Shown here: piece by piece, positions 1 to 10,163 of the stretch
Layout of the letters: every line of letters starts with the position of its first letter
Numbering within the stretch: position 1 is the first letter of the stretch
Assembly: GCA_965223265.1 (NCBI GenBank)
Contig: OZ244999.1
Coordinates: forward strand, 4,320,001 to 4,384,000
Direction: 5' to 3'
Origin: Planctomycetota bacterium
GTDB taxonomy: Bacteria > Planctomycetota > UBA8108 > SXIK01
DNA: 64,000 bases
The notes under the pieces: generated by a model
The model's input: the letters and a program-made list of their open reading frames with translations, nothing else
Database searches by the model: none
What the model was told of the DNA's origin: nothing
Made by a program: the position numbers and the translations under genes

Positions 1-934
1 TCGGTGCGGTCCACGTTTCCCCGTCATCGAACGACCACGACTTGTAGAGGCGGCCGGTCATCGTTCTCAGCAGCATGAGGAGCTTCCGCGGCTCCACCTC
101 GGCGATCGTCGGTTCGGTAGTGCCAAGGTGAGACATGGTTTCGCTGTCCCAGATGAAAATCATGCCCGAGCGACTTGGCCGCCACGTAACGCCGTCGTCA
201 TCCGAGTAATAGACGTAGGACCAGAAAAACGCCGCGTCAAAGGGGTGCTCGCCGGCATACATCCACGCACCGTCTCTCAGGCCTCCCGTTGTGCGTCGTG
301 AGCGTGCCGCTCCCCACTCAAGATCGCGGGCCTGCGGCATGTAGCCGTAGACAGGGAGGATGATGCGGCCCGACGATGTGCGCACTAAAACATCGTTCGA
401 CTTCGAGACGCCGTGAAGAGCCGCCTCGCTGACCCGCACCGGCATCGACCACGATTTACCTTCGTCCTCGCTGCGCCAAAAAAGGATGGCGCTGTCGGTG
501 CCACGCCCGGCGCGCGATCGCGCCGCGTATCCGAGTGCACCGCCATGTAGCGTCATCAAGCTTCCCGGCACTTCGCCGAGCGCCTCACCGTTCGCATCCA
601 CCCCCTGCCAGAACCCAGACCACGTCAAACCGCCATCGCTTGATACCGAGAAGAAGCCTCCGGCCCGTCCAGCGCGTCCATCTGAGCGGCTGTAGAGGAT
701 GCGTCCGCCACTCAGCGCCGCGAATGTACCTTGCCCGCCCATGCCTTTGACGGTCGCAAGGCACTCGGCGGGCCGCGTCATCGGCAAGTGAGACGGCGTC
801 GCCGCCGTCACCGTCGAGTCGCTACGCGAGGCACAGCTCAGCTGGCTGAGAATCGCGACGACGGTGACGGCAGCGGCGGCAAAGGTCAGACGCTGGCGCC
901 GTCGACTCGGTTGCAGACGCTCAACCGGTCTCAC
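1..934 (-). CDS. Sialidase/BNR (Asp-box) repeat lipoprotein, 3' end runs off the window
   Basis: Translated by hand; it is absent from the ORF track because there is no stop in the window. GTG start overlaps the ALDH stop. Signal/lipobox ...VAILSQLSC. Asp-boxes SSDGGLTWS, RSEDEGKSWS and YSDDDGVTWR. Confidence 0.8.
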   Translation of the reverse strand, partial: MRPVERLQPSRRRQRLTFAAAAVTVVAILSQLSCASRSDSTVTAATPSHLPMTRPAECLATVKGMGGQGTFAALSGGRILYSRSDGRAGRAGGFFSVSSDGGLTWSGFWQGVDANGEALGEVPGSLMTLHGGALGYAARSRAGRGTDSAILFWRSEDEGKSWSMPVRVSEAALHGVSKSNDVLVRTSSGRIILPVYGYMPQARDLEWGAARSRRTTGGLRDGAWMYAGEHPFDAAFFWSYVYYSDDDGVTWRPSRSGMIFIWDSETMSHLGTTEPTIAEVEPRKLLMLLRTMTGRLYKSWSFDDGETWTAP

Positions 935-2436
935 AATCCAACGACGACCGCTTTCGTCTCGGTGTAGTTGTCGAGAACCTCGCGTCCCATCTCCCGCCCC
1001 CAGCCGGATTGCTTGTAGCCGCCGAACGGTAGCGCTGCATCGAAGACGTTGTAGCAGTTGATCCAAACCGTCCCGGCACGCAGTCGCTCAGCAACGCGGT
1101 GCGCCTTCTGAATATCCTGCGTCCAGATGCCCGCAGCCAGGCCATAGATCGTGTCGTTCGCGACGGGCATGAGATCGTCGAGGTGGTCAAACGGCTCGGC
1201 AACAACGACGGGACCAAAGATCTCCTCTTGCACGATCTTCATGTCCTGCTTCGTGTCCGTGATGACGGTCGGCTCGACGAAATAACCCTTGTCGCCGACG
1301 CGCTGACCTCCGGTCACCGTCTTGGCGCCTTCCGCGACGCCGCTGGCCAGGAAACCACAGACACGGTCGAGCTGCTCGTGCGAGACCAGTGGCCCCATCT
1401 GCGTCGCCGGATCTAGCCCGGGTCCAACTTTGATCTCCTTCGCCGCCGCCGAAACGCCCTGAACAACGTCGTCATAGATACCACTCTGGACGTAGAGGCG
1501 CGATCCAGCGCAGCAGCACTGTCCGTGGTTGAAGAAGATGGCGTTCGCCGCACCTTGTATCGTCGCGTCGAGATCGGAGGTGTCGTCGAAAACGACGTTC
1601 GGCGACTTGCCGCCGAGCTCGAGCGTCACCTTCTTGAGGTTTCCCGCTGCTGCCTGCACGATCAATTTGCCGACTTCCGTTGAACCGGTGAACGCGACCT
1701 TGTCGACGCCTGGGTGGGCCGCGAGCGACGCACCTGCGGTCTCACCGTAACCCGGCACGATGTTGACGACGCCTTGCGGTACGCCCGCCTCGAGAAGGAG
1801 TTCACCAAGTCGCAGCGCGCTCAGCGGTGTCTGCTCCGCCGGTTTGAGAACGACACAGTTCCCGGTCGCCAGTGCGGGCCCAAGCTTCCACGCCGCCATC
1901 AAAAGAGGAAAGTTCCATGGAATGATCTGTGCCACCACGCCAACCGGCTCGCGGAGCGTGTAGGCGTGAAACTTGGCCCCGGCTGCGTAGGGTACCGAGA
2001 TCGGAATCGTGCTGCCTTCAAGCTTCGTCGCCCAACCGGCCATGTAATGAAACAGGTCAGCTGCAAGTGGCACGTCGGCGACTTGGGCGACCGCTTTCGG
2101 TTTGCCGTTGTCGACAGATTCCAGCTGCGCGAGCTCGTCAACGTTGTCGAGGATCAGATCGCCGATCTTCCAGATGACGCGGCTGCGCTCCGAGGGCGTC
2201 ATGCGACTCCACGGGCCGGAATCGAGCGCGTTCCGAGCTGCTGCGACGGCGCGATAGACGTCCTCGCGGTCGCCCTCGGCGACTTGCGCGATGACATCGC
2301 CGCTCACGGGGTCGTAGACAGGAAAGGTCTTGCCCGAGGCTGCGTCGACCCACTTGCCATCGATCAACATCTGACGTGGCGACGACAGGAACGCTTTGAC
2401 GTTTGGCGAGATGTTCTTCTCCAACGTGGCTTCCAT
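931..2436 (-). CDS. NAD-dependent aldehyde dehydrogenase
   Basis: Motifs IIPWNFP, KPAEQTP, FTGSTEVG, ELGGKSP, catalytic FFNHGQCCCAG, EEIFGPV, PFGGYKQSG. GGAG RBS. Confidence 0.97.
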   Translation of the reverse strand: MEATLEKNISPNVKAFLSSPRQMLIDGKWVDAASGKTFPVYDPVSGDVIAQVAEGDREDVYRAVAAARNALDSGPWSRMTPSERSRVIWKIGDLILDNVDELAQLESVDNGKPKAVAQVADVPLAADLFHYMAGWATKLEGSTIPISVPYAAGAKFHAYTLREPVGVVAQIIPWNFPLLMAAWKLGPALATGNCVVLKPAEQTPLSALRLGELLLEAGVPQGVVNIVPGYGETAGASLAAHPGVDKVAFTGSTEVGKLIVQAAAGNLKKVTLELGGKSPNVVFDDTSDLDATIQGAANAIFFNHGQCCCAGSRLYVQSGIYDDVVQGVSAAAKEIKVGPGLDPATQMGPLVSHEQLDRVCGFLASGVAEGAKTVTGGQRVGDKGYFVEPTVITDTKQDMKIVQEEIFGPVVVAEPFDHLDDLMPVANDTIYGLAAGIWTQDIQKAHRVAERLRAGTVWINCYNVFDAALPFGGYKQSGWGREMGREVLDNYTETKAVVVGL

Positions 2437-2731
2437 GGATCTTCCTCCGGGTTGAACACGCGACGCCGCGGGCTATCGTGCAGCGTGGCGAAATGCCGAT
2501 GATGCTCCTGAACCTGAGCCAGTCTATGCGCATTCTCGGGCGGGCATCAAAGTCAAACATCACCCTTCTCACGGGCGCTGCATCGGCCGCCGGGGGCGAC
2601 CGCCGCTGACACCTCTCGCGCACTGGAGACAGCGGCGATGACTTTTGCCGCTCGGGCTCGTAAGCTGAGCTGAAAGGGATAGCGGCATCGACCGCAGCGT
2701 GTAGCGAACGGTCGCCAAAAGGAGCTCAACT

Positions 2732-4495
2732 TTGAGACGCGCACCAAGCCAAGATTCTTTCGCCCACCCCGAGGAGCCGCGAATCGATCGGCGTGAGTTC
2801 CTCCGACGAAGCAGTGGCGCACTCGCGGCGGGAACACTCGTCGGCGCAGGCGCAGTCGACGCACCGCGTGCGATCGCGGCGACCGCACCGACGCCGGAGC
2901 GTCCGAAAGAGCGGCGCCTCCTGTTCAATTGGGACGGCTCGATGATCCACACGTTCGCGCAGACGCTTCTTCCGGACGCCGAGAAGCCGCTCACCCGTGA
3001 GCAGTTCGTCAATTTCGTCTTCACGCCCATCGCCGGCACTCCGGTCGACGCACTGTTCTTCAGCTTCGGCAGCGGCAACGTCGCGGAATATGATAGCGGC
3101 GTGCTGGAATGGCCTGGGGAGGCCGACGGATTCAAGTTTCCGGAAAGCCGCGCGTGGCACGGCGGTGCCGAGGTCGATCCCAAGTTTCAGTACCTCAATC
3201 CGAAGAGTCTGGCCGACGCCGGCCACAACCCGCCGGCAGTGATCGTCGACGAGTGCCATCAACGCGGCCTCGAGGCGTTCGTGTCGCTGCGCATGAACGA
3301 CTGCCACGATGGTCAGCACCCTCGCGGTGCGCGCCCGAATCCCGAGCTCGCGACGTTCAAACGCCAAAACCCCGACCTCCTCGTCGAGGATCTCGATCTG
3401 TGGAGCGCGCTCAACTTCAAGGAGCCGCGCGTTCGTGCGCTCAAGCTGCGCGTCGTGAAGGAATTCTTCGAGCGCTGGGATTTTGATGGCATCGAGCTCG
3501 ACTGGCTGCGTCACACGCTCAACTTTCCGCGCGGCACCGAGCGCGAAAACGGCAAGTATCTGACGCAGTTCATGCGCGATGCACGCGCCGCGCTCAACGA
3601 CCTCGCCAAGAATCGCGGTCGATCGATCGAGCTGGCGGTTCGCGTCCCCGAGCGACTCGAGTGGTGCCGAGAAGGCGGCTTCGAGGTCGACACTTGGGTT
3701 CGAGAGGGTCTGGTCGACCTCCTCATTCTCGGACAAGGCATGACGGAGGCACCAGGAGTTGACGACTTTCGATCCATCGACGGAGGGCGAGATCTTCCGA
3801 TCTACCCGTCGCTGTATATGTATGGGAACGGCTATCAAGTCAGTCCCGAAGAAGTCGTCCGCGGCAGCGCCGCCAACCTGTGGTACGACGGTGCTGACGG
3901 CCTCTACATGTTCAACTGGTTTTGCCACGGCCCGTGGCGTCGCGACCTGTTGACACAGATCGCCACGGCGGAGAGCTTGCGGCGCGGACGCCGCCACCAC
4001 ACGGCAGTGCACCGCGTCGAGCCGGCGCGCGGCGATCCGGGACGCGATTCAGTGCGCTACAACACAGCGGTGAAAGACGCCCCAGTGCCTTTCTTCCTGA
4101 ACGAAGTCCGCCGCGAACGCGAGATCGACCTACTCTTCGGTGGCGAAGCTGTGGGAACGGCTCAGTCAGCCGAACTCTGGCTCGCCGTCGATCACCTTTT
4201 GACCGGCGACAGAGTGCGCATCGACTTGAACGAAGTCAAGGTGGGTGAGATCGAGATTGGCGCGAGCGGCAGGGCAGAGACCGTCGGCTTCAAGCTCAGC
4301 GTGCCAGACGGTAGCGGACTCCTCGGCCTCAAACTTCCCAATAAGCTCGACATGGCATTCCAAGCGCTCCGCATCCCGGTACCGGCAGCGCTGCTGTCTC
4401 GCGACCGCAATCGCGTCCGCATTCGACTCGAGAAACGAGCGCTCGGCGCCGAGTTTCCGCTCCGGGTTACGCGCATCGAGCTCAGCGTCGGTTAG
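2732..4495 (+). CDS. Tat-exported glycoside hydrolase-like TIM-barrel protein (GHL10/DUF187-like); start uncertain
   Basis: Twin-arginine signal RREFLRR followed by a hydrophobic stretch. Motifs SLRMNDCH, LNFKEPRVR, WDFDGIELDWLR, GADGLYMFNW. Confidence 0.7.
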   Translation: MRRAPSQDSFAHPEEPRIDRREFLRRSSGALAAGTLVGAGAVDAPRAIAATAPTPERPKERRLLFNWDGSMIHTFAQTLLPDAEKPLTREQFVNFVFTPIAGTPVDALFFSFGSGNVAEYDSGVLEWPGEADGFKFPESRAWHGGAEVDPKFQYLNPKSLADAGHNPPAVIVDECHQRGLEAFVSLRMNDCHDGQHPRGARPNPELATFKRQNPDLLVEDLDLWSALNFKEPRVRALKLRVVKEFFERWDFDGIELDWLRHTLNFPRGTERENGKYLTQFMRDARAALNDLAKNRGRSIELAVRVPERLEWCREGGFEVDTWVREGLVDLLILGQGMTEAPGVDDFRSIDGGRDLPIYPSLYMYGNGYQVSPEEVVRGSAANLWYDGADGLYMFNWFCHGPWRRDLLTQIATAESLRRGRRHHTAVHRVEPARGDPGRDSVRYNTAVKDAPVPFFLNEVRREREIDLLFGGEAVGTAQSAELWLAVDHLLTGDRVRIDLNEVKVGEIEIGASGRAETVGFKLSVPDGSGLLGLKLPNKLDMAFQALRIPVPAALLSRDRNRVRIRLEKRALGAEFPLRVTRIELSVG

Positions 4496-4528
4496 CGGCT
4501 CGTTCGAAGAGAAAAAAGGGAGCTGACT

Positions 4529-5361
4529 ATGGCCCAGAAGAGCACGCAGAGACGCGTGGTCGTGGTAGCGATCGCGGCAGGCGTGGTGGTCCTGGCTCTC
4601 AGCGCGCTGCCGGTCGTACGGTTCCTGCTCTACACAGACGTCGTGGCCAGTCTGATTCTCGTCGACACACCGCGGCAGACGAGCTATTGGCGGTTCACGG
4701 AGACGCCGAACGGTTTTTTGATCCAGGCAACCGCAGGTCGCTACAGCGGTTGGTACCTAGCAGCCCGTTGAAAAAGTCATTCGGCCGAAGAAACTGGCCT
4801 CTTCACGCCCAGCTCGACCGCGTCAATACTCGAAAATCCCGAAGATTGCCTCCGTTTGCCGCAGCCGATCTGGACGCGAAGAGACCAGTTTTCGGCTCGA
4901 AGCACTTTTTCAACAGGCTGCTAGATGCCGACGAGACGATGCGCCAGCCTTACATTGGTGAGGGCTTGGAGTCTGCCAGCAATCGGTTCGTGGTCCTGTC
5001 GCGGAGTCTCCGTGAGAGCTGCTACTGGAACTTCGACGGCTTCATCTACGCTTCAAGTGGACCGTTTCGCGATCTCTATCTAGACATTGCGGCATTGGAT
5101 CAACCAATCCCCCGTGGCAACTTTCGCTTTACGCGAAACCTGCTCATCGGGCATGTGCGGCTGTCGTGGACGGTCACCGAGACGGCTCAAGGACACACGA
5201 TCCAGGCTGGAACTGGGGACGAGTGGTGGCTCGATTACGACGCAGCTGTCGAACCAGAGTCCGTTCGCAAAAGGCCACTCGAAGTGCGCCGCCGCGATGT
5301 CGAGAAAGAGTTCAAGGATCGACACTTTCTCTTTCGGGGCGGCAACGACAAGAAACCGTAG
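4529..5361 (+). pseudogene. Membrane-anchored protein with a 3-fold internal repeat, interrupted by a MITE
   Basis: Removing 4757-4920 restores one 222-aa frame (...GRYSGWY-LDADETMRQ...). N-terminal TM helix. GGGAG RBS before ATG 4529. Confidence 0.8.
4761..4920 (+). mobile_element. 160-bp MITE, copy 1 (IS5/IS1182-like ends)
   Basis: Ends CAGCCCGTTGAAAAAG...CTTTTTCAACAGGCTG. Flanked by a CTAG duplication at 4757-4760 and 4921-4924. No transposase. Confidence 0.92.
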
Positions 5362-5661
5362 TCTCGGCATGAAGGTGACGGAACACCCCATGTACCGTCC
5401 GATCTTTCAGGTCACCGGCACACGCGGAGGCTGTGAAGTCTTAAACGTTATGGCGCAGCTCAGTCACGGCCGGACGGCACACGGACTCCCCACTGGGCAT
5501 AGATCACGACCGCCCAACCGGGGCACTGGTCCGTGTGCGGCACTTCATAGCGCTGGCGTGAGAAGGTGCTCCCGGCGGGCTGCCGGAACCGCACTCAACT
5601 TACCCGTCGAGCACGATCTTCAAAAGGGTACAGGCGTGTGCCTGCAACTGTGGACGGCGCC

Positions 5662-5737
5662 CTTCGTTGACTTAGTTTCCTTTTGTTCAACTCTTCTTCT
5701 TATCTCTTCAACAGAAAGCAAACGAAGATCAGAGAAG
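5662..5737. repeat. Inverted pair of purine-rich TT(G/C)AAC...GAAG repeats
   Basis: The reverse complement of 5662-5690 is TTGAACAAAAGGAAACTAAGTCAACGAAG and 5707-5737 is TTCAACAGAAAGCAAACGAAGATCAGAGAAG. Loosely similar to the copies at 31773-31941. Confidence 0.45.
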
Positions 5738-5781
5738 CGGCAGGCGCTCAAGGACGTCTGAACCAATGAAAAGGCATTTAA

Positions 5782-5941
5782 CAGCCTGTTGAAAAAGTGC
5801 TTCGAGCCGAAAACTGGTCTCTTCGCGTCCAGATCGGCTGCGGCAAACGGAGGCAATCTTCGGGATTTTCGAGTATTGACGCGGTCGAGCTGGGCGTGAA
5901 GAGGCCAGTTTCTTCGGCCGAATGACTTTTTCAACGGGCTG
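5782..5941 (-). mobile_element. 160-bp MITE, copy 2 (inverted)
   Basis: Reverse complement of 4761-4920 with no mismatch seen by eye. TTAA duplication at 5778-5781 and 5942-5945. Confidence 0.92.
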
Positions 5942-5970
5942 TTAAGTCACGGTCCACGCTCACGTCCGGA

Positions 5971-5995
5971 ACGGCACACGGAGTGTGCCTGCTAC
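5971..5995 (-). repeat. GTAG-type REP element
   Basis: Reverse complement GTAGCA-GGCACAC-TCC-GTGTGCC-GT. A degenerate copy lies at about 5626-5648. Confidence 0.8.
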
Positions 5996-6032
5996 TTTGA
6001 AGACGTCGTGCTCTATTCCCTGCTCGACATCT

Positions 6033-7514
6033 CTACGCCAAGATCTCTTCAATCTTGCGCCCACCGAGGTCTGTCAAGCGTTTGAAGCGACCGGCGTGGT
6101 AGTAAACGAGACGCATGTCGTCGAGCCCGAGGAGGTGCAGCATCGTGGCGTGGACGTCGTGCATGTGATAGACGTCCTCCACCGCGGTGTTGCCGAGCTC
6201 ATTCGTCTCGCCGACCACTGTTCCGCCCTTCACTCCACCGCCTGCCATCCACATGACCATGGCGTCACGGTTGTGATCGCGTCCGGGCGCCGTGCGGAAA
6301 AAGAGCATGGAGTTGTCCGAGGTGCGTCCGAACTCACCGCCCCAGACGACGAGCGTGTCGTCGAGCAGCCCGCGCTGGCGCAGGTCCTTGAGAAGACCGG
6401 CGATGGGTTTGTCGGACTCGTGGCCGCGGCGCCGGTGCTCTTCGCGAATGTTTTGGTGTGAGTCCCAGCCCTGGCAAAAAATCTCCACGAAGCGCACGCC
6501 GCGCTCGACGAGGCGACGGGCGAAGAGACACTTGCGTCCCATCTCTTCGCTGGCTTTGTCGTTCAGACCGTAAAGCTCCTTCGTCGCTGTCGATTCGCTT
6601 TCGATGTCGAGAGCTTCCGGCACCGACATCTGCATGCGGAAGGCAAGCTCATAGTTACGCATACGCCCAACGAGATCGCGGTTACGCTCGTTCGCAGCCG
6701 CAAACTTGGCGTTGAGGTCGCCGAGGAGGTCAAGGCTCGCCCGCTGCTGCGCCCGTCCGACGTGAGGCGGCGGCTGCAGGTCGACGACCGGGTCGCCGAC
6801 AGGATTGAAAAGCGTGCCCTGGCAAGCCGCCGGCAAGTAGCCGTTCGACCAGTTCATGGGCCCACCAAAGATGCCGCGGCCGGTGTCCGGCAAGACGACG
6901 AACGCGGGAAGGTCTTGGTTTTCGGTGCCGAGGCCGTACACCACCCAGGATCCCACCGACGGGCTGCCCGGGATCGTGTCACCGGTGTTGAAAAAGAACG
7001 TCGCCGTGGTGTGTGCTGCCGACGACGTGTGCAGCGATCGCACCACCGCGATGTCGTCAGCGCAGGTGGCTAAGTGCGGAAAGATCTCGGAGATTTCCAT
7101 CCCCGACTTACCGTGACGAGCGAACTTGAACGGGCAGCCGACGTAGAGGCGCTTCTCGAGACTGCCGTACTTGCGAGTGATCGGTCGACCGTGATACTTG
7201 TCCAAGAGCGGCTTCGGGTCAAACGTGTCCATTTGACTCGGCGCGCCCGACATGAAGAGGAAGATGCAGGCCTTCGCCTTTGGTACACGATGGTGTGCCG
7301 CCTTCGGCGCCAGCGGGTCAGCGTCTCTCGCGGCATTCCCGGCGCCGAGCCCGGCTTCCGCTCCGAAACCATCCCGTGCCAGAAGCGACGACAGCGCCAA
7401 GCTGCCGACGCCCGAACCAAAGCGATACAGCGCGTCGCGCCGACCGATCATACCGAGACGCGGGTCAGGAGGCGGTTCGCGGTGGCTGCAAAGATCGAAC
7501 TCACGCTTGCGCAT
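6033..7514 (-). CDS. DUF1501 domain protein (planctomycete-type)
   Basis: Motifs KAKACIFLFMSGAPSQMDTFDPKP, ARRLVERGVRFV, VVWGGEFGRT, GRDHN, DVHATMLHLLGLD. RRDAL Tat-like motif. ATG 7514 has a GGAG RBS. Confidence 0.92.
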   Translation of the reverse strand: MRKREFDLCSHREPPPDPRLGMIGRRDALYRFGSGVGSLALSSLLARDGFGAEAGLGAGNAARDADPLAPKAAHHRVPKAKACIFLFMSGAPSQMDTFDPKPLLDKYHGRPITRKYGSLEKRLYVGCPFKFARHGKSGMEISEIFPHLATCADDIAVVRSLHTSSAAHTTATFFFNTGDTIPGSPSVGSWVVYGLGTENQDLPAFVVLPDTGRGIFGGPMNWSNGYLPAACQGTLFNPVGDPVVDLQPPPHVGRAQQRASLDLLGDLNAKFAAANERNRDLVGRMRNYELAFRMQMSVPEALDIESESTATKELYGLNDKASEEMGRKCLFARRLVERGVRFVEIFCQGWDSHQNIREEHRRRGHESDKPIAGLLKDLRQRGLLDDTLVVWGGEFGRTSDNSMLFFRTAPGRDHNRDAMVMWMAGGGVKGGTVVGETNELGNTAVEDVYHMHDVHATMLHLLGLDDMRLVYYHAGRFKRLTDLGGRKIEEILA

Positions 7515-7528
7515 GAAACTCTCCGGGG

Positions 7529-9811
7529 CTACTCGAGGTAGATGAATTCGCTCGTGTTGAAGAGAACAAGACAAAGATCGGCAAGCCTGCTGTTGCCGAC
7601 GCTGGCGGGCACTGTGGCCGGTGCTGCGACTTCGTCTGCCGCTGCGGTCGAGTCAGCCGCACGCCCGAGCGTGCTTTCACTCGCGCTGTCAAAGGCTGAC
7701 GCTTTCGTCAAATCCACCGGCTCTGCGTCCAGAAACGCGACGCAGCGCTCGGATTCATCCGCGCTCGGCGGGCGCTGAAACGCCAGCTGAAACGCCCGCT
7801 CGACTTGAGCGCGCGGGTCATTGCCGACCTCGCTTGCAACGCGCTCGGCCATGAACCGACTCTGCTCGTGCATGAATTCACTGTTGAAGAGCGCGAGGAC
7901 CTGAGGCGTGGTTGTGTTCGTACCTCGCACGGGGCAGCTCTCATCGATGTTGGGTCCGTTGAACACCTTCAGCATAGGATGCTGCAGCGAGCGAAACTGC
8001 AGCATGTAGACGCTGCGGCGGCTGCGCGCCGAACGCGACGACGGCTCCCACCACGTCGGTGCTTGTTGCATGAGCTGGTCGCTCACAGCCGGGAAGAAGG
8101 GCGGGCCGCCGCGCTGAGGGTTGAGCTCACCGCTCATGGCGAGCGTGGTGTCGCGAATCACTTCGGCTTCGACGCGGAGCGGATCACGCACCCACAGATA
8201 CTCGTTGAGTGGATCGATCGTCTCAAACTCGGCGCTCTTTGGGTGGGTCATCGCCTGTCGGTAGGTATTCGACGCCAGAATGAGCCGATGCACGGCCTTC
8301 CAGCTCCAACCGCTGTCGATGAACTTGACGGCAAGCCAGTCGAGAAGTTTCTCGTGAACGGTGCCGCTGCCGTTCTTACCCAAGTCGCTCGGTGTGGCGA
8401 CGAGCCCCTTGCCGAAGTGGTACTGCCAGATGCGGTTCACCATGACCCGCGCAGTCAGCGGATTCTCGGGGCTCGCGATCCAATCGGCGAGAAGACGGCG
8501 GCGGCTCCATGTCAGTCCATCGAGGTTGGCGTCGTTCGAGTTGCCTGTCGCCGCGGTGAGAAAACCCGGTTTGACCTCTTCGCCGCGGAGGCGGAAGTTG
8601 CCACCCGCAAGGACATACGTCGAGACGCGATCTTTGAGCGATGAATCGCGCACCATGTACGCCTTCGCCTGATAGTAGTCCGGCGCGTTAGGGTTGGCGA
8701 AACGCGCCGTCTGCCGCGCCATAAAGGAGTGCAGCTCGCGTTCCTCCTTCGTGAACATGACGCCGAGACCCATCTGGCGACCGACCTCCCTCGCGCCGAG
8801 CGGCAACGCCAAACTCTTGACGTCGAACGGCGCTATCAGCTGTCGCTGCTGACGAACACGCTCGGTGAACTCGGCGTGCTTCTTGTCGACAAACTCCTGA
8901 CGCCGTTTGAGAAGGTCCTCCCACGCTTTCTTGTCGCGCTCCCATGCCTCCGGATCCCGGTTCGGCGCCTCGTACTGCGTGAACGGCAGAGGTTTCGCCT
9001 CGGTGAGGAGAGGCGAGAAGAACGCTTCCATGCGGAAGTAGTCGCGCGCTGGGATTGGGTCAAACTTGTGATCGTGGCACTGAGCACACTCGAGCGTCAT
9101 GCCAAGAAAGACAGAGCCCGTTGTGCCGACAACGTCGTTGAGGTAATCGCGTCGGATCTGCTCCGAATCAACGCGCTCCACTTGCACCCATAAGCTAAGG
9201 TACGCCAGGCCGAGCTTGGCTTCATCGCCATAGTTCGAATAGGCATCGCCGGCGAGCTGTTCGCGGATGAAGCGGTTGTAAGGTCGGTCCTGGTTGAGCG
9301 CGCGGATGACGTAATCGCGGTAGCGCCACATGTGCGGCCGCGGATAGTCGATGGCGCCGCCGCGCGTGTCCGCGTAGCGCACGAGATCGAGCCAGTGACG
9401 CCCCCAGCGTTCGCCGTAGCCGGGATCGTCAAGAACCGCTTCGATCGCCGCTGACCACGAGTTGTCGTCGGGGGCGGTGAGAAAGGCCTGCATGTGCTCC
9501 GGCGTCGGCGGCAAGCCGAGGACGCCATAGTGAAGCCGTCTGAGCGCGGCCCGCGGCGACGCCGGCGGCGCCGGTTCAAGCTTCTTCGCCTCGAGCTGCG
9601 AGAGGATGAAGGCATCGATGGGATTCTTCACCCAGTCAGCGCGCTGTACGTCCGGCACGTCCGGCTCGACCAGCGGCGTCCACGGCCAGGCGGGGGGCGC
9701 CTTGGTCTTCACCGTGCTCGCGTCGGCGCCGAGGGCCGCGGAGGTAGCGGCACCTAACGAGAAAAGAAGAGCGAATCCGATCGTGAACCGGTTGCAGCGG
9801 CTGGTGATCAT
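7529..9811 (-). CDS. DUF1549/DUF1553 (PSD1) planctomycete cytochrome-c-type protein
   Basis: Motifs NPIDAFI, YGERWGRHWLDLVRYADT, CAQCHDHKFDPI (CxxCH), NPLTARVMVNRIWQYHFG. Signal peptide. GGAGG RBS before ATG 9811. Confidence 0.92.
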   Translation of the reverse strand: MITSRCNRFTIGFALLFSLGAATSAALGADASTVKTKAPPAWPWTPLVEPDVPDVQRADWVKNPIDAFILSQLEAKKLEPAPPASPRAALRRLHYGVLGLPPTPEHMQAFLTAPDDNSWSAAIEAVLDDPGYGERWGRHWLDLVRYADTRGGAIDYPRPHMWRYRDYVIRALNQDRPYNRFIREQLAGDAYSNYGDEAKLGLAYLSLWVQVERVDSEQIRRDYLNDVVGTTGSVFLGMTLECAQCHDHKFDPIPARDYFRMEAFFSPLLTEAKPLPFTQYEAPNRDPEAWERDKKAWEDLLKRRQEFVDKKHAEFTERVRQQRQLIAPFDVKSLALPLGAREVGRQMGLGVMFTKEERELHSFMARQTARFANPNAPDYYQAKAYMVRDSSLKDRVSTYVLAGGNFRLRGEEVKPGFLTAATGNSNDANLDGLTWSRRRLLADWIASPENPLTARVMVNRIWQYHFGKGLVATPSDLGKNGSGTVHEKLLDWLAVKFIDSGWSWKAVHRLILASNTYRQAMTHPKSAEFETIDPLNEYLWVRDPLRVEAEVIRDTTLAMSGELNPQRGGPPFFPAVSDQLMQQAPTWWEPSSRSARSRRSVYMLQFRSLQHPMLKVFNGPNIDESCPVRGTNTTTPQVLALFNSEFMHEQSRFMAERVASEVGNDPRAQVERAFQLAFQRPPSADESERCVAFLDAEPVDLTKASAFDSASESTLGRAADSTAAADEVAAPATVPASVGNSRLADLCLVLFNTSEFIYLE

Positions 9812-10163
9812 GCGCTGGGAGCCTCCCGGTGGTTCGGCAGTCGGCCGATAGAAATCTCGAAACTTAGAAGGTTTCATATCTTAGGGATTTTTCGCGCCGG
9901 CTTCAAGAGCGCCAGGAGCCGTTCTGAGGCGGGCCGGCGCCCGCTGGCGAGTTCTTGCGCCAGCCCTGGGCGCGCAGCAACGTCCATTGACGTACGAAAT
10001 GGCTACCGCCGCGGTGAATTCCCTCGTTCGGCGCGTGTCGCAAAGGGCGTCGTTCCGTGTCGTGTCGCAGCCACCTCCCTGCCACGTCCCTGCCCGGTGC
10101 GAGTAGAACGAAAAGAATGAATACGAGCGACGCAGATCCGTAGAGGCAACAGACGATCAAATC

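Noticed and set aside
4757-5945. Composite transposon bounded by two inverted identical MITEs
   Set aside because: Each copy has its own distinct target duplication (CTAG and TTAA), and the interrupted gene is colinear across copy 1. These are independent insertions.
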